Notes: generated by a model from the letters alone, not told the origin. 63,101 nucleotides of DNA, filler included, from Vannella sp. (GCA_023345925.1; 7 parts of 7 records of this genome joined end to end with filler, not necessarily neighbours in it); one strand, 5' to 3'; positions 25,911 to 36,047 are shown, counted from the whole stretch's first letter. Translations and numbers: made by a program.

Positions 25911-26473
25911 ATGAGCGGGGCTGATCAGTACGCAGAGGGATGTGTTAACGATACTACCGTGGAGATGGCGTGGGCCACGCAAGCGTACAAGCACGCAGAG
26001 ACTTACATGAAGCTGTTGACGATTGCTCGAGACTTATCGACTTTGCGGCTCACTCCGTGAGTGCGAGGGGGCGAGATTGGGTAGTGAGATGGGCTAATGT
26101 GATGCAGATACGATACGACACTGTATTCTGAGTTCCGTGCGTTGTTCCCAGAGTTAGACGTCAGAATCATCAACGAGGACGAGCTAAAGTCGATGGAAGC
26201 GAAGGCGATTTGGCGTCCTTTCCTTATGAAGTGGGAGAAGACCATTCGTGACTTCAATCATGGTACTCTCCTACGCTTGGATGCCTCCAAGGACTACGAA
26301 CAAGACAACACTTGCCTTGGTTAGTCTCCTTCTCCCTCTCTTCTTTCTCCCTTCTCTGTTTCTGGTCACTGATCGTATGCTGGTTGGTATTAGTACCTCG
26401 CACGCAGTTCTATTGCATTGAGATCGCCCGCAACCGAGAGAACATCAACCAAAGCTTGAAGACCTCCGCTTGA
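25911..26473 (+). CDS. PBDC1: Polysaccharide biosynthesis domain-containing protein 1, 3 exons
   Basis: EMAWA..A.KHAETY, LRLTP, ELKS..AK..WRPF, DFNHGTLLRLD and VPRTQFYCIEIARNRE. Confidence 0.9.
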
Positions 26474-26566
26474 TCTGCTTCAAGAAGGAGAGAGAAGCCC
26501 AATACTACTTCTCTCATCGAAGACAAAGCCATCAGGGGTTTACTGGTGGGAGGGATGAGCTTCTCC

Positions 26567-27245
26567 TCACTTCAGGAGGACGTGGGACCTCCAATAGTCG
26601 ACGGACTCGTTGTACTTGCTTCTCTCAAGCGCTACGCCGCTACCACCCTCTGACTTGCCTAGAGCATTGCGCAGGATCGTGATAGGTTGCATGGGAGTCT
26701 CATGGGGCTCATCCTGAGCCTTAATCGAGACAATGCCCCACTCGACCCCTTCGCTAAGGGTGAAGTCCTCCTTCATCTCCTCTGACTCTTTCTGCACCTG
26801 CTCTCTCGAGTAGAGGATCACATCCAAGTACTTGGCTTTGGGCTGTTCAATGGCCTCTACAGGGATCCAGCGCTCCAACACGGGAAGCTCCTTCTCGGTG
26901 CGGCTGAGGTAGTCCGTCCTGCTCGTTCGTTAGCCCTTACTGGAGTGAGATAGCATAGAATAGGACTGTACTTGATCAAACGCGTGTTCTCTGCTGTTAT
27001 CTGCACAGCCTGGACTGGAGCGTCGGTAAAGTTCTCGCAGAAGAAGTGCTTGCAGAAGGGAGCGTATCTGAGCGGTTGTTAGAGTGTCTGGAGCTTCCAA
27101 TGGACTGTATTCAATGGTTCTACTCACCCATCCTGGAGTACAGGCTTGTCTACGAAGAGTTGGTTAACCTTTTTCACAAAGTCCTCCTTGGAAGCGCCGT
27201 AGAAGGTTGGAACGAAGGCTTTCTCACTAAACGCAACTGCGTCAT
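26567..27245 (-). CDS. DUF3228 family protein, multi-exon
   Basis: YLDVILYSREQ, WGIVSIKAQ, PMQPITILRNALG.SEGGSGV.L.R.KY.ESV.YW. Confidence 0.8.
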
Positions 27246-27385
27246 GGCTTGAGAACACGCTCCCTCGCCTCCTCATCACCTACTCAGCTCCATTGTCAAC
27301 GGGCGAGTCATCAGCACTCCAACGAATGGCTCTACGGCGCTCTATTAGCACTCCCAACCTTCATTGAAGAGTAGAATAGGCATTC

Positions 27386-28293
27386 ATGCTAGCCAGGCGG
27401 CTGGGGAGGGCAGGGGAAGCACTGTTTTCCCGTTCGCGGTCGAGTTGGGTGAGTGATCTGATGCTACCGCGGGCTACAACGACTCCTGAGCACTTTGATC
27501 CTCTCCTTATCAAGCAGACGATCAAGGCGGTGGGTATACGGACGGCTCCTGCGCATGTCGGTCGCGTTCTGAAGGTGTTTGGCTCCGACTTGCTAAAGAG
27601 ACCAGCAGTCAAGTCTGTTTGCGTTGATCCAGAGACCCCGGGCTTGCGAGTCGTGTTACTAGAACCAACCAAGTTCTCTGCAGTGCAAGACGTCGACCAG
27701 CAGCTCAGCAACAAGCAAAGGGAGCTCCTAGAGGAGTTAGGAGACACTTCCGTGGTCACCAGCGACGTTCATCTCGACTTTCGCTCGTTCTCGACCGAAG
27801 AGATCCTTGCTTCCTTGCTCCCTGCAGACATTGCAGCTGTTCGTAGCTTCGAAGGGATCGGACACATCGCACACTTGAACCTTCGCGATGAACATCTCCC
27901 TCACAAGCATCTCATTGGCGAAGTGATCCTGGCGAAGAACCCAGGCTTACGTACAGTAGTTAGCAAGGTGGGGAACATCAAGAGCCAGTTCAGGACGTTC
28001 GAGATGGAGGTAATTGCGGGGGACGACGACACCGAAGCGATTGTTGGGGAGGGCGGATTCCGCTTCCAACTGGACTTCCGCAAGGTCTATTGGAACTCTC
28101 GACTTGGCACAGAGCACCATGAACTTGCTACTTCCTTCCAGTTGGACGACATTGTCTGTAAGTGACCAAAAAGGGGAAATATCTCAAACTGACGAAAGGG
28201 CAAGGCGACATGATGGCTGGCATTGGGCCCTTTGCTATCCCTGCTGCAAAGAAAGTTGGCTGTGTAGTTCATGCGAATGACCTGAACCCAGAG
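27386..28293 (+). CDS. TRMT5: tRNA (guanine37-N1)-methyltransferase Trm5, truncated by contig end
   Basis: [38 protein letters not shown]; the next exon has [15 protein letters not shown]...ANDLNP. Confidence 0.93.
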
Positions 28294-28393
28294 NNNNNNN
28301 NNNNNNNNNNNNNNNNNNNNNNNNNNNNNNNNNNNNNTTAATTAATTAANNNNNNNNNNNNNNNNNNNNNNNNNNNNNNNNNNNNNNNNNNNN
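28294..28393. other. Artificial contig linker
   Basis: N run with TTAATTAATTAA. Confidence 0.98.
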
Positions 28394-30594
28394 CAGTCCG
28401 TCCACGGAAAGTCCATCTCCACGAGGGAGCGGTTGTGCATGAAGCTGGCCAAGAGCATCTTCCAGCCACTAGGAGAGATGTTGTTCCCGTCACAGCGAAG
28501 ACGAAGCAGTCTGGAGTTGTATCTCAGCATGTCAGCGATAGCCGAAGCAGCCTGGTCGCCCATTAAGTTGTTGCTCACATCCAACTCCAAAAGAGTGTTG
28601 TTTGTGCGGCGCATGTACTTCAAGAAGGGGATTGCAACGCTGCCAAACCCACCAGCTATGCTAATACTCTTCACAGATGCCAAAGAGTTGGCCACAGACA
28701 TGAGCGCGGACGAGACACGCTCCCCCGCATACGTGGACTTGTAACAATTGTCAAGAATAAGTGTGTCCAGGGTCTGAGTGGCGGATAGAACGATAGCCTG
28801 TAAGATTCCAATAAGTCCTCGCTCTTTGAACTTGTTACGGGACAAGTCCAGAGTGTGGCAATTGACATTCAGCGACAAACTCTGAGCTAACGATTCAGTC
28901 TCAGACTCGCTGAATTCGTTGTTGCAGAGTGAAAGGCAAGTATTAGAAAGTCTCTTATTGCCCAGGAAAGCCTGGACAATGGCACCTCCGTGTACTCCGC
29001 CCAAGTTACAGTGAGACACATTCAATCTCTTCAAAGTATTACTTTTCTCTAACATAGAGCACAGCAGCTGCACAGCTCGCTGGTCAAGCTTACTGTAAGA
29101 AAGATCCAAGTCCTGCAAATCACTTAGAAAGTGGAAATAAGCGGCGATTGTCGAGAAGGATTGCCCAGTATTGGCCAATCGAAGAGTTTGGAGCCGTGAA
29201 TACTCTGCTGCCTTTGATAACCACGTTTCCAAGGCGATGCTAGCCTGCTCATCAAAGCGATTGTTGGAGAGGTCCAGCTCTTCAATAGTCAGAGACATTC
29301 CGTAGTTGGCAGTGAGACTTTCTGCAATAGAAGCCAGCTGCCTTCCATCCAGGGCACAATCAGAGAGATTGAGAACCTTCAAGCTGTGTGGGAAGTTCTG
29401 CAACGTAATGCAGAGCACGGAGATGCCTTTGGTAATGTGAGTTCCAGATAGATCGATCATTTGAAGCGCGTGGGACCGATTGTACTGCAGTGCTTCCCCC
29501 AGCTCTGTCACGTTCCCTTCTGAGAGCTGAGATAAGGACACCTTGGTGATGCGACTGTTATAGCGAAGAATGTTGCAAAGGGCGAAGAGAATATCCTTCT
29601 TATAGACTTGTACCGCTGAGATAGCCTTAAAGTAGGTGTTGTAACGCAGTGCAGCAGCGATTGGCTCGATATTGAATGAGAACTCGCCCTTAGGTTCGAT
29701 GCCAGGGCAGTCCTGGAAGCGGAACTCGACCACCCCAGCTTCATGCAAGTCCGTGACGTACCGCATCACTTCGCCAGAGATAGCCTGTTTGTAGAAGGTG
29801 CTAAAGGCTCCGAAAGTGAAGAGAAACCCGTTCGCTGGCCCAAAGGCCGAAGGGTCGCACGGTTCCAAAGGGAGAACACTACAAACAGCAATAAAGAGTG
29901 AGCTAAGGATACCCTCCTTGTAGAGCACACTTACTCTTCTTCTTCTACACCAAACAGGCCAGGTAAACGAGCATTGGGGAAGCCGTACGTGAAGAGACGG
30001 ATGGCCGTGCGAATCTGTCGGATGTACTCTGCTACCAACGGCGTGAAGAGGACAAGCGGAGACTTTTGATAGAACTGGAGCTCCAGCTAGTGCTGTATGA
30101 GTCCAGAGGAACAGGGGAGTGGCAGGGAGGGTCCTAACCTGTCGTTTGTTATTCTTAAAGACTGAAATAGAGCGCAATGCGAGGAGATGGAACTTCTTGG
30201 TGATCTACAGGAGAGAAGTAACGCATGTGAGCCATTGAGAAGGTACAACAGGGTGGGAATAGAGCGGAGAGAGCTACCTTGAGGCGAACGGAGCCTGGGA
30301 AGAGGGTTTTCTTCTTCTTGCCGAGCATAGAAGACTTGATGCGCGCCTGTTTGATGATGAAGATCATATACGACCCAATGACTATGATACGCTTGGACAC
30401 CTTCGTGTTCTCCTTCGTTTCACCCCAACGAGCAAAGACTACTTTGTTTTGGTACTCAGAGACGAGTCTCTCCACGCAGTCTTCTCTTCTGTGAGTACTA
30501 GCGACCTCCCTCCATCCCTCTACTCACGTAATTGACCCTCACTAAGCTCATTGGAGCTGCGAGCGCTCGTCTTCTTCTCCACCCGCAGCGGCAT
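28394..30594 (-). CDS. CARMIL: CARMIL-like PH plus RNI-like LRR protein, multi-exon, 3' truncated
   Basis: N-terminal PH-like KRIIVIGSYMIFII; GPANGF..T...F..FY; PIAAALRYNTYF; many LxxLdLSxN repeats; LDVSNNLMGDQAA. Confidence 0.75.
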
Positions 30595-30614
30595 CGCTCA
30601 GAGCGGCCTCAGAA

Positions 30615-32417
30615 ATGGTTCCCTGGCGAGGTACCTTCTTATTTTCGATGCTGCGTGGGGCTGGCGTGGTCCAGGTGGCGAGGAGGAAGCGTCCCGCAGG
30701 GTTTTGGAGAGAGAAGGAGAAGGCGGCCGCCTTTTTAGAGGCGTTGGCGCAGCGGTGGTGCTTGAAGGCTCCTGAGGATTGGGCAGGAGTTACTACTCGC
30801 TGTGTACTCGAGGAGGGTGGAAGAGGGCTGCTGGCGGAGTACGGTACGCTTCGCAAGGCGTTGGAGGAGCTCCGTCCAGAGGCTGTTTGGGACTACTTTG
30901 CGATGGGCAAGTACCCACACGGTCATTGGGACACCCCTGAACATGTAAGACTCTTCATGGAACGCTTAGCGGCTGAGTATCAGGTGGAATCGCCTCCGGA
31001 TTGGAGAAGAGTGACGTGGTCCCAAGTAGACCTCCACGGAGGAGCTACACTGCGCAAGAGGTTCCCCAACTTTGTAGCTTTATTGAAAGGAGCGTTCCCT
31101 GAACAGACAGAGTGGGAGGAGAGCGTGGTTCGAGAGAAACTGCCGCAAGGCTTTTGGGACCTTCCAGACAATCGGAAGCGCTTCTTGGAGCGTGTACGAG
31201 AGGATATGGCCGTGCGCTGCGCGGATGATTGGCGTAAGGTGTCGACGAAGGATATAGTGGCCATGGGAGGCACTGGAATGCTCTCCAAGTATTCTACTTT
31301 TGAAGAACTCTTGAGAAAGGAGCTTCCCGATGAAGGATGGAGCACTTTTGACACTCGCGACCGCGTTTCTAATGGATATTGGACAGCAGAACGTATCAGA
31401 GAACACGTGGAAAGTGTCAGGACCACACTTAAGGTCAAAGAGCTGGATGATTGGTCTTCCATCTCACTTCTCCAATTTCGGAAAGCCTCTGGCAATCGTT
31501 CTTTCCATAACCAGTTCCCTAACTTTGTGGAGCTGTTGCAGTCTGTTTATCCAGAACACACTTTCGATCCATTTGATTGGCAAAGGCTGCCTAGAGGCTA
31601 CTGGAAGAACATTACTAATCAGCGCCGATTCCTGGAGAGATTCGCTTTTGAGCACAATATCCAGGCTCTCTCCGACTGGCGAAAAGTGTCGTACGCCTTC
31701 CTGGAGAGGAATGGGGGCCGTTCCCTTCTAAGACATTACCCTTCCATGCTTGAGATGTTACAATCAGTCTATCCTGAACACCATTGGGACATATTTGATC
31801 GAGATAACGTCTCGGGAAGATACTGGAAAGATCCCCAAAGACAAGCTGGTCTACTAACCCAGATTGCCGAAAAGTTTTGCATCAAAACTCCAGAGGATTG
31901 GTACCGGGTATCCCTTAAGCAGCTGCAATCTATGAGAGTCGCTTCTTATGTCAAGCGTCATGGTGGCCTTTACCAGATTTTGAAGGAATCCCACCCAGAA
32001 GTCCCTTGGGAGCAATCCAAATTCCAGACTAGAGATAAGCGTTCCACCCAACGCTCCATGTTCTTGGCGCTCCGGGACTTGTTCGAAGGAGAAGAGATTG
32101 TAGAAGACTTCTTTCACGAAGAACTCACAAGAGAGAGCGGCTCTGGCATTCAATTTGACGTTTTTGTTCCTCGACTTCAAGTGGCTTTCGAGTACCAAGG
32201 GGAACACCACTTCCGGGACATTCCTGCTTTTGGCACACTGGAGCTGTTCCAGTCCCGAGACAAGGAAAAGGCCAAGCTATGTGAGAACTTTGGAATTCAC
32301 TTAGTTACAGTGCCGTATTGGTGGGACGGCTCGAAACAGCATTTGAGTGACTTGGCCTCCAAACAGCACTTTAGCATTCTCGAAAAGCAGCTCTTACCAG
32401 ACCGCATTAAAGTGTGA
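30615..32417 (+). CDS. Protein with six ~74-aa helical repeats and a C-terminal PD-(D/E)XK (Vsr/DUF559/RAP-like) nuclease domain, intronless
   Basis: Repeat consensus G(F/Y)W...N.R.FLE......DW..V.......GG..LL..Y......L...(Y)PE..W. C-terminus QFDVFVP...AFEYQGEHHF...RDKEK...C...GI.LV.VPYWW. Confidence 0.8.
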   Translation: MVPWRGTFLFSMLRGAGVVQVARRKRPAGFWREKEKAAAFLEALAQRWCLKAPEDWAGVTTRCVLEEGGRGLLAEYGTLRKALEELRPEAVWDYFAMGKYPHGHWDTPEHVRLFMERLAAEYQVESPPDWRRVTWSQVDLHGGATLRKRFPNFVALLKGAFPEQTEWEESVVREKLPQGFWDLPDNRKRFLERVREDMAVRCADDWRKVSTKDIVAMGGTGMLSKYSTFEELLRKELPDEGWSTFDTRDRVSNGYWTAERIREHVESVRTTLKVKELDDWSSISLLQFRKASGNRSFHNQFPNFVELLQSVYPEHTFDPFDWQRLPRGYWKNITNQRRFLERFAFEHNIQALSDWRKVSYAFLERNGGRSLLRHYPSMLEMLQSVYPEHHWDIFDRDNVSGRYWKDPQRQAGLLTQIAEKFCIKTPEDWYRVSLKQLQSMRVASYVKRHGGLYQILKESHPEVPWEQSKFQTRDKRSTQRSMFLALRDLFEGEEIVEDFFHEELTRESGSGIQFDVFVPRLQVAFEYQGEHHFRDIPAFGTLELFQSRDKEKAKLCENFGIHLVTVPYWWDGSKQHLSDLASKQHFSILEKQLLPDRIKV

Positions 32418-33032
32418 GTTATCAACACGACAGGGAACGGAACTCTTTCTGCACTTGGGGAACGTTGAACATGACATCGAGATCCTTCAAGGAGTCCAGT
32501 TAACGTAAGCCTTGCTCCCGAGAATGTCAGATTGAAGGGGAAAGTATCCATCAGTAAACTCAAACTTTCATGCTGAGCTGGGAGTCGTTGCAGTCATTTG
32601 TTGCAGAGGTTGATGTGAGAGTCTCTTACCAGGGAGCAGCAAGCAGAAGCTATGCGGAAGAGTTGGGTCGTGAGAGAGGTCAAGAACATCAAACATACTG
32701 CCGGATACGACCCGAATAGCTTCCTGCTGGATCACACAAAGACACGAAAGACCAGGAAAGTTCTTGATTGAGAAGAACGACAGAATCCAACCCTCCTCAT
32801 GTGGGTGCTTCCGCCACTTCCTTCAAACAAAATGCGTCTTTCTGTTCAGCTGACAGCTCTTGCACTCCAGACAGCTTCCAACCAGAGATTCTGCACCAGG
32901 TGATAAAGTGGTAATTATTGTCTCATTATTTTGGCAGAAAGTTATCGTTGCCTGAGCAATTGTCAAGTTTCCTATGATATTCAATGTTGAAATTTCAAAG
33001 ACCAGAGAGGTTGCTGGGTCATTCTTCCATTG

Positions 33033-35488
33033 ATGGGTGGGCGTGTGTGGGACGGCGGGACCGGTTGGGAGTTGTCTGTGCTGCAAGCTATTTTGGACGA
33101 GGAACCTGAGAAGCTCAACCAAGTGAGGCCCTGTAGTGAATGAGGCGAGCGGTCCTGATGAAAGGGATCGCTTTTTAGTTTGTGAGTGAAGCAAAGAAAG
33201 CTACCGTGGAGCTGACCAACACCTCGTTTAGCATGTTAGTCCTACCTTTCGGCTTTGTCTAAGAGTGCCAGGCGCGAGGGAGAGCGACATCTGAACGAAA
33301 GCCCTTTAGGAAGTAGGTCAAAAGGGATCCCTGGTTGTTGGACTCACTAAACGGCTACGGCTACAGGAAGTAGGCATCAATCATGATGTAATGTTGTCCA
33401 AGGACCTCACCAAAAGGGCTCTTGATTAGTTTGTAAGGCCTGTCGAGGATAGCCAGGCGTGATGCTCACTCACAGATCATTTAGTCTGTAAGAAGTCTTC
33501 AGCTGTTTGATTTAGGATGAATGTAGACCCTGATAAAATGACGGCAGTGGGGAGTGAGTGACTTTGAGCGGAAGATGCTCTCCAGCAGAAAGGCTCATCA
33601 TTGCATTCTAGATGGTAAGTCACATGCCTCTTTGAAGGGCTGAGGGAACAAACCACATCTTTGGAATACCTTTTTACTCACCAGATTCCTCCAGAGTGTG
33701 AGTAACTGATGATTGAGAGGAAGTGGCTCATTGAATCGGTGATCTAGTCTGTAAGTGGCCCATCTCCAAAGAGGAACGCAGCTGGGACTTTTTAGCAAGG
33801 ACTCACCGCCACATTTGAAGAAAGTATGAGTGAAACTGACAATGGAAAGCTCTTAACAATCTGCTTTTTTAGCGCGTATGCTTTATCGTTCAATGGAGGT
33901 CTGGTGTACTCACCATGTTCATTCATAGTGGGTCAGTCACTTCTTACAACGAAATTGGAAAGCTTAAAGCATTCAGACGTTTCTTGGACTGGCGGCTGCG
34001 AAAGGGAACACTGAATTTATCGAAAATTTGCTTTCCCGTCGAACCATCAACATTCATCGAGGAGTGCGTTCTAATTGAACAGTTCCCTGACACTGATTCT
34101 TTTTTAGTCTGTGAGTACCATTCTCGCAAGCAAGATTTTAGTGGAAACAATGCTCATCAGTAATATCGGTGTAGTATGTAAGAAAATGGATCTGCTAGCT
34201 TGAGGGAAGGTGAACTGCGCCTTACTGTGGCCCAATTCAGGATGTAAGTATTTAAGGGAGAATTTCTAGTTCTCACAAACTTTTAAGTACGTGAGAAGCT
34301 TGTCTGTTGAGGTGATATTTGTGACCTCACTCCGCTGGTCTTGTGTAGGTTGTGAGTAATTCGTCAGAGAATAAGATTTTTTCTAACCTTTGTTCTCCTT
34401 CAGGTGGTGAGTCATTCCATATCTTGCCCAGAGAGCCAGTCCATGATTGGTGTCGGAAATTAGAATGTAGGTAAAACACTAAGAAAATTCGGAGGAGCTT
34501 GCTGGTAACAACAGCTTTCAGCGAGTAAGCAAGTGGAAGGGAAGATTCTGTTGATGCATCTCACCAAAACGGGTCTGCAGACAGTGAGTGATTGGACAGT
34601 TTCGAAAAAACATTCTTACTCTTCCTTACAGTTTGTCAGTATCCGTTTACCGACCATCTTCTGTTCTGATTTTTCTCCCCACAGAGGGTAAGAAACAACT
34701 AGAATGGACTTTGAGGCACTCACTGCCAATAGGGTTCAACTTATCGAGTAAGTCAAAATTTCCCTTTCATTGAATGGATCTGACTGGACAGAGAATAGCA
34801 GCCATTGGAACTGGCGTGTAATCCCAAGATTGAGGAGATGCTGAAGAGGGCAGGAGGCAGGCCTCCTTTCATCCCGCCTCTCGATTACGATCACCTGTTC
34901 AAGCTCAAGATCATCGGAGATCTAGGTTGCGGCAGGGGGTGTGTGATTCGCCGATTTGTAGACGACACTTACACGGAGTCCTACATAATTCGCAAATCAG
35001 AAATTTTTGATAAGACCATTGTGGTGAAGGGTAAGTCTATCAAGCTCCAGATACATCTTGAATCAAACGACGGCGTTGAAAAATTCCGGAACGTCGGTGG
35101 TCCAGGCATCTACTATGAAATCCAGGGCATCATCATCATATATGATGTTACAGATCAGGCTTGTTTCTCGAATGTGAAACAGTGGCTGCAAGAACTCGAT
35201 CGATACGCTCCTGACAATGTCAAGAAGCTGCTTGTCGGAAACAAGTGTGATTTGACCACAAAGCGGGAAGTTGAGTTTGACACCGCAAAACAATTCGCTG
35301 ATGAACACAAAATCCCTTTCTTGGAGACCTCTGCCAAGAATTCAGTCAATGTCGAGGAGGTCTTTTCCTTGCTTGCCACTGATATCTATGAGACGGTCAC
35401 TGAGAAAGAGGCCCCAGTTCCTCAGACTTCAACTGTGGGTGTCTCTCCTGGGAAAAAGCAGGGAAAACAAAAGTGCAGAATGCAGTAG
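33033..35488 (+). CDS. Micro-exon gene: ankyrin module with single-codon micro-exon loops fused to a degenerate Rab1-like GTPase (28 exons, 318 aa if all exons are included)
   Basis: Exon 1 33033-33122; 13 micro-exons 33179-33931; ankyrin exon 33977-34063 (TFLGLAAAKGNTEFIENLL); 12 micro-exons 34108-34747; last exon 34799-35488 (QPLELA...Rab fold, NKCD, ETSAK, CRMQ). All 27 introns are GT-AG, 44-80 nt and phase 0. Confidence 0.88.
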
Positions 35489-35640
35489 CTGAAGTACCAA
35501 GATTAAGCAGGACGTAATGAAGCTCTTTTACTCCCGAAGTAGGACTTGATTGTGTTACAAATGAGACCAACAGCTGCTACTTTCAATCATTCGCAGAGAA
35601 TGCGCATGTTGCTCATCTGTCTGACTCGTCGGGGCTCTGT

Positions 35641-35830
35641 CTTTTGGCACAATGGAACTTTTCGGTCTCGACAAGGAAAAGGCCAAGCTACTTGGGAGCT
35701 TTAGGATTCACAAAGCTGAATTGCTGTGTTGGAGACGGCTCGAAACTACATGTAAGTGACTTGGTCCCCAAGCAACAACATTGTTGTTGAACTTCCAAAA
35801 GCAGCTCTTACCTGACTGCATAAAAGTGTA
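35641..35830 (+). pseudogene. Decayed duplicate of the 3' end (32227-32417) of the repeat-nuclease gene
   Basis: Collinear shared blocks CTTTTGGCAC, GACAAGGAAAAGGCCAAGCTA, GACGGCTCGAAAC, AGTGACTTGG, AAAAGCAGCTCTTACC and AAAGTGT, with indels. Confidence 0.85.
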
Positions 35831-36047
35831 GCAACAACCTGTTTAGCTTGAGTTTATGATTATCTTCCGGTTTCACAGCATTTGAGGAAGGACTCTATGG
35901 AGTTATCTAGCCATTTCTGGTGAAGGAGTGAGTCTTGAATGATCAAATCGAACGAGAATCTCGATGCAAAGCCAGCCAAGAGATCTCCGAGAGATCTCCG
36001 GCACAAAAAAGTGAAGGAATCTTCCTTCTGTGTGCCAAGAGGCTTCG

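Noticed and set aside
33155..33200. CTGATGA...GAAA resembling a hammerhead ribozyme core
   Set aside because: GAAA does not follow a stem II and there are no flanking stems. CTGAT is better explained as the branch motif of intron 1.
33598..34773. Short ORFs in the track (33598, 33826, 33915, 33944, 34588)
   Set aside because: They are chance frames through introns. The real 87-nt ankyrin exon is in a frame not listed in the track.
33123..34798. Regular ~55-nt periodicity suggesting a CRISPR-like or satellite array
   Set aside because: There is no conserved repeat beyond splice signals, the context is eukaryotic, and no cas genes are present.
34773..35488. Rab-like ORF read as a stand-alone intronless gene, or as a pseudogene with a premature TAG at 34796
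   Set aside because: The TAG is the acceptor of intron 34748-34798. The ORF is the last exon of the micro-exon gene and begins with the end of an ankyrin repeat.
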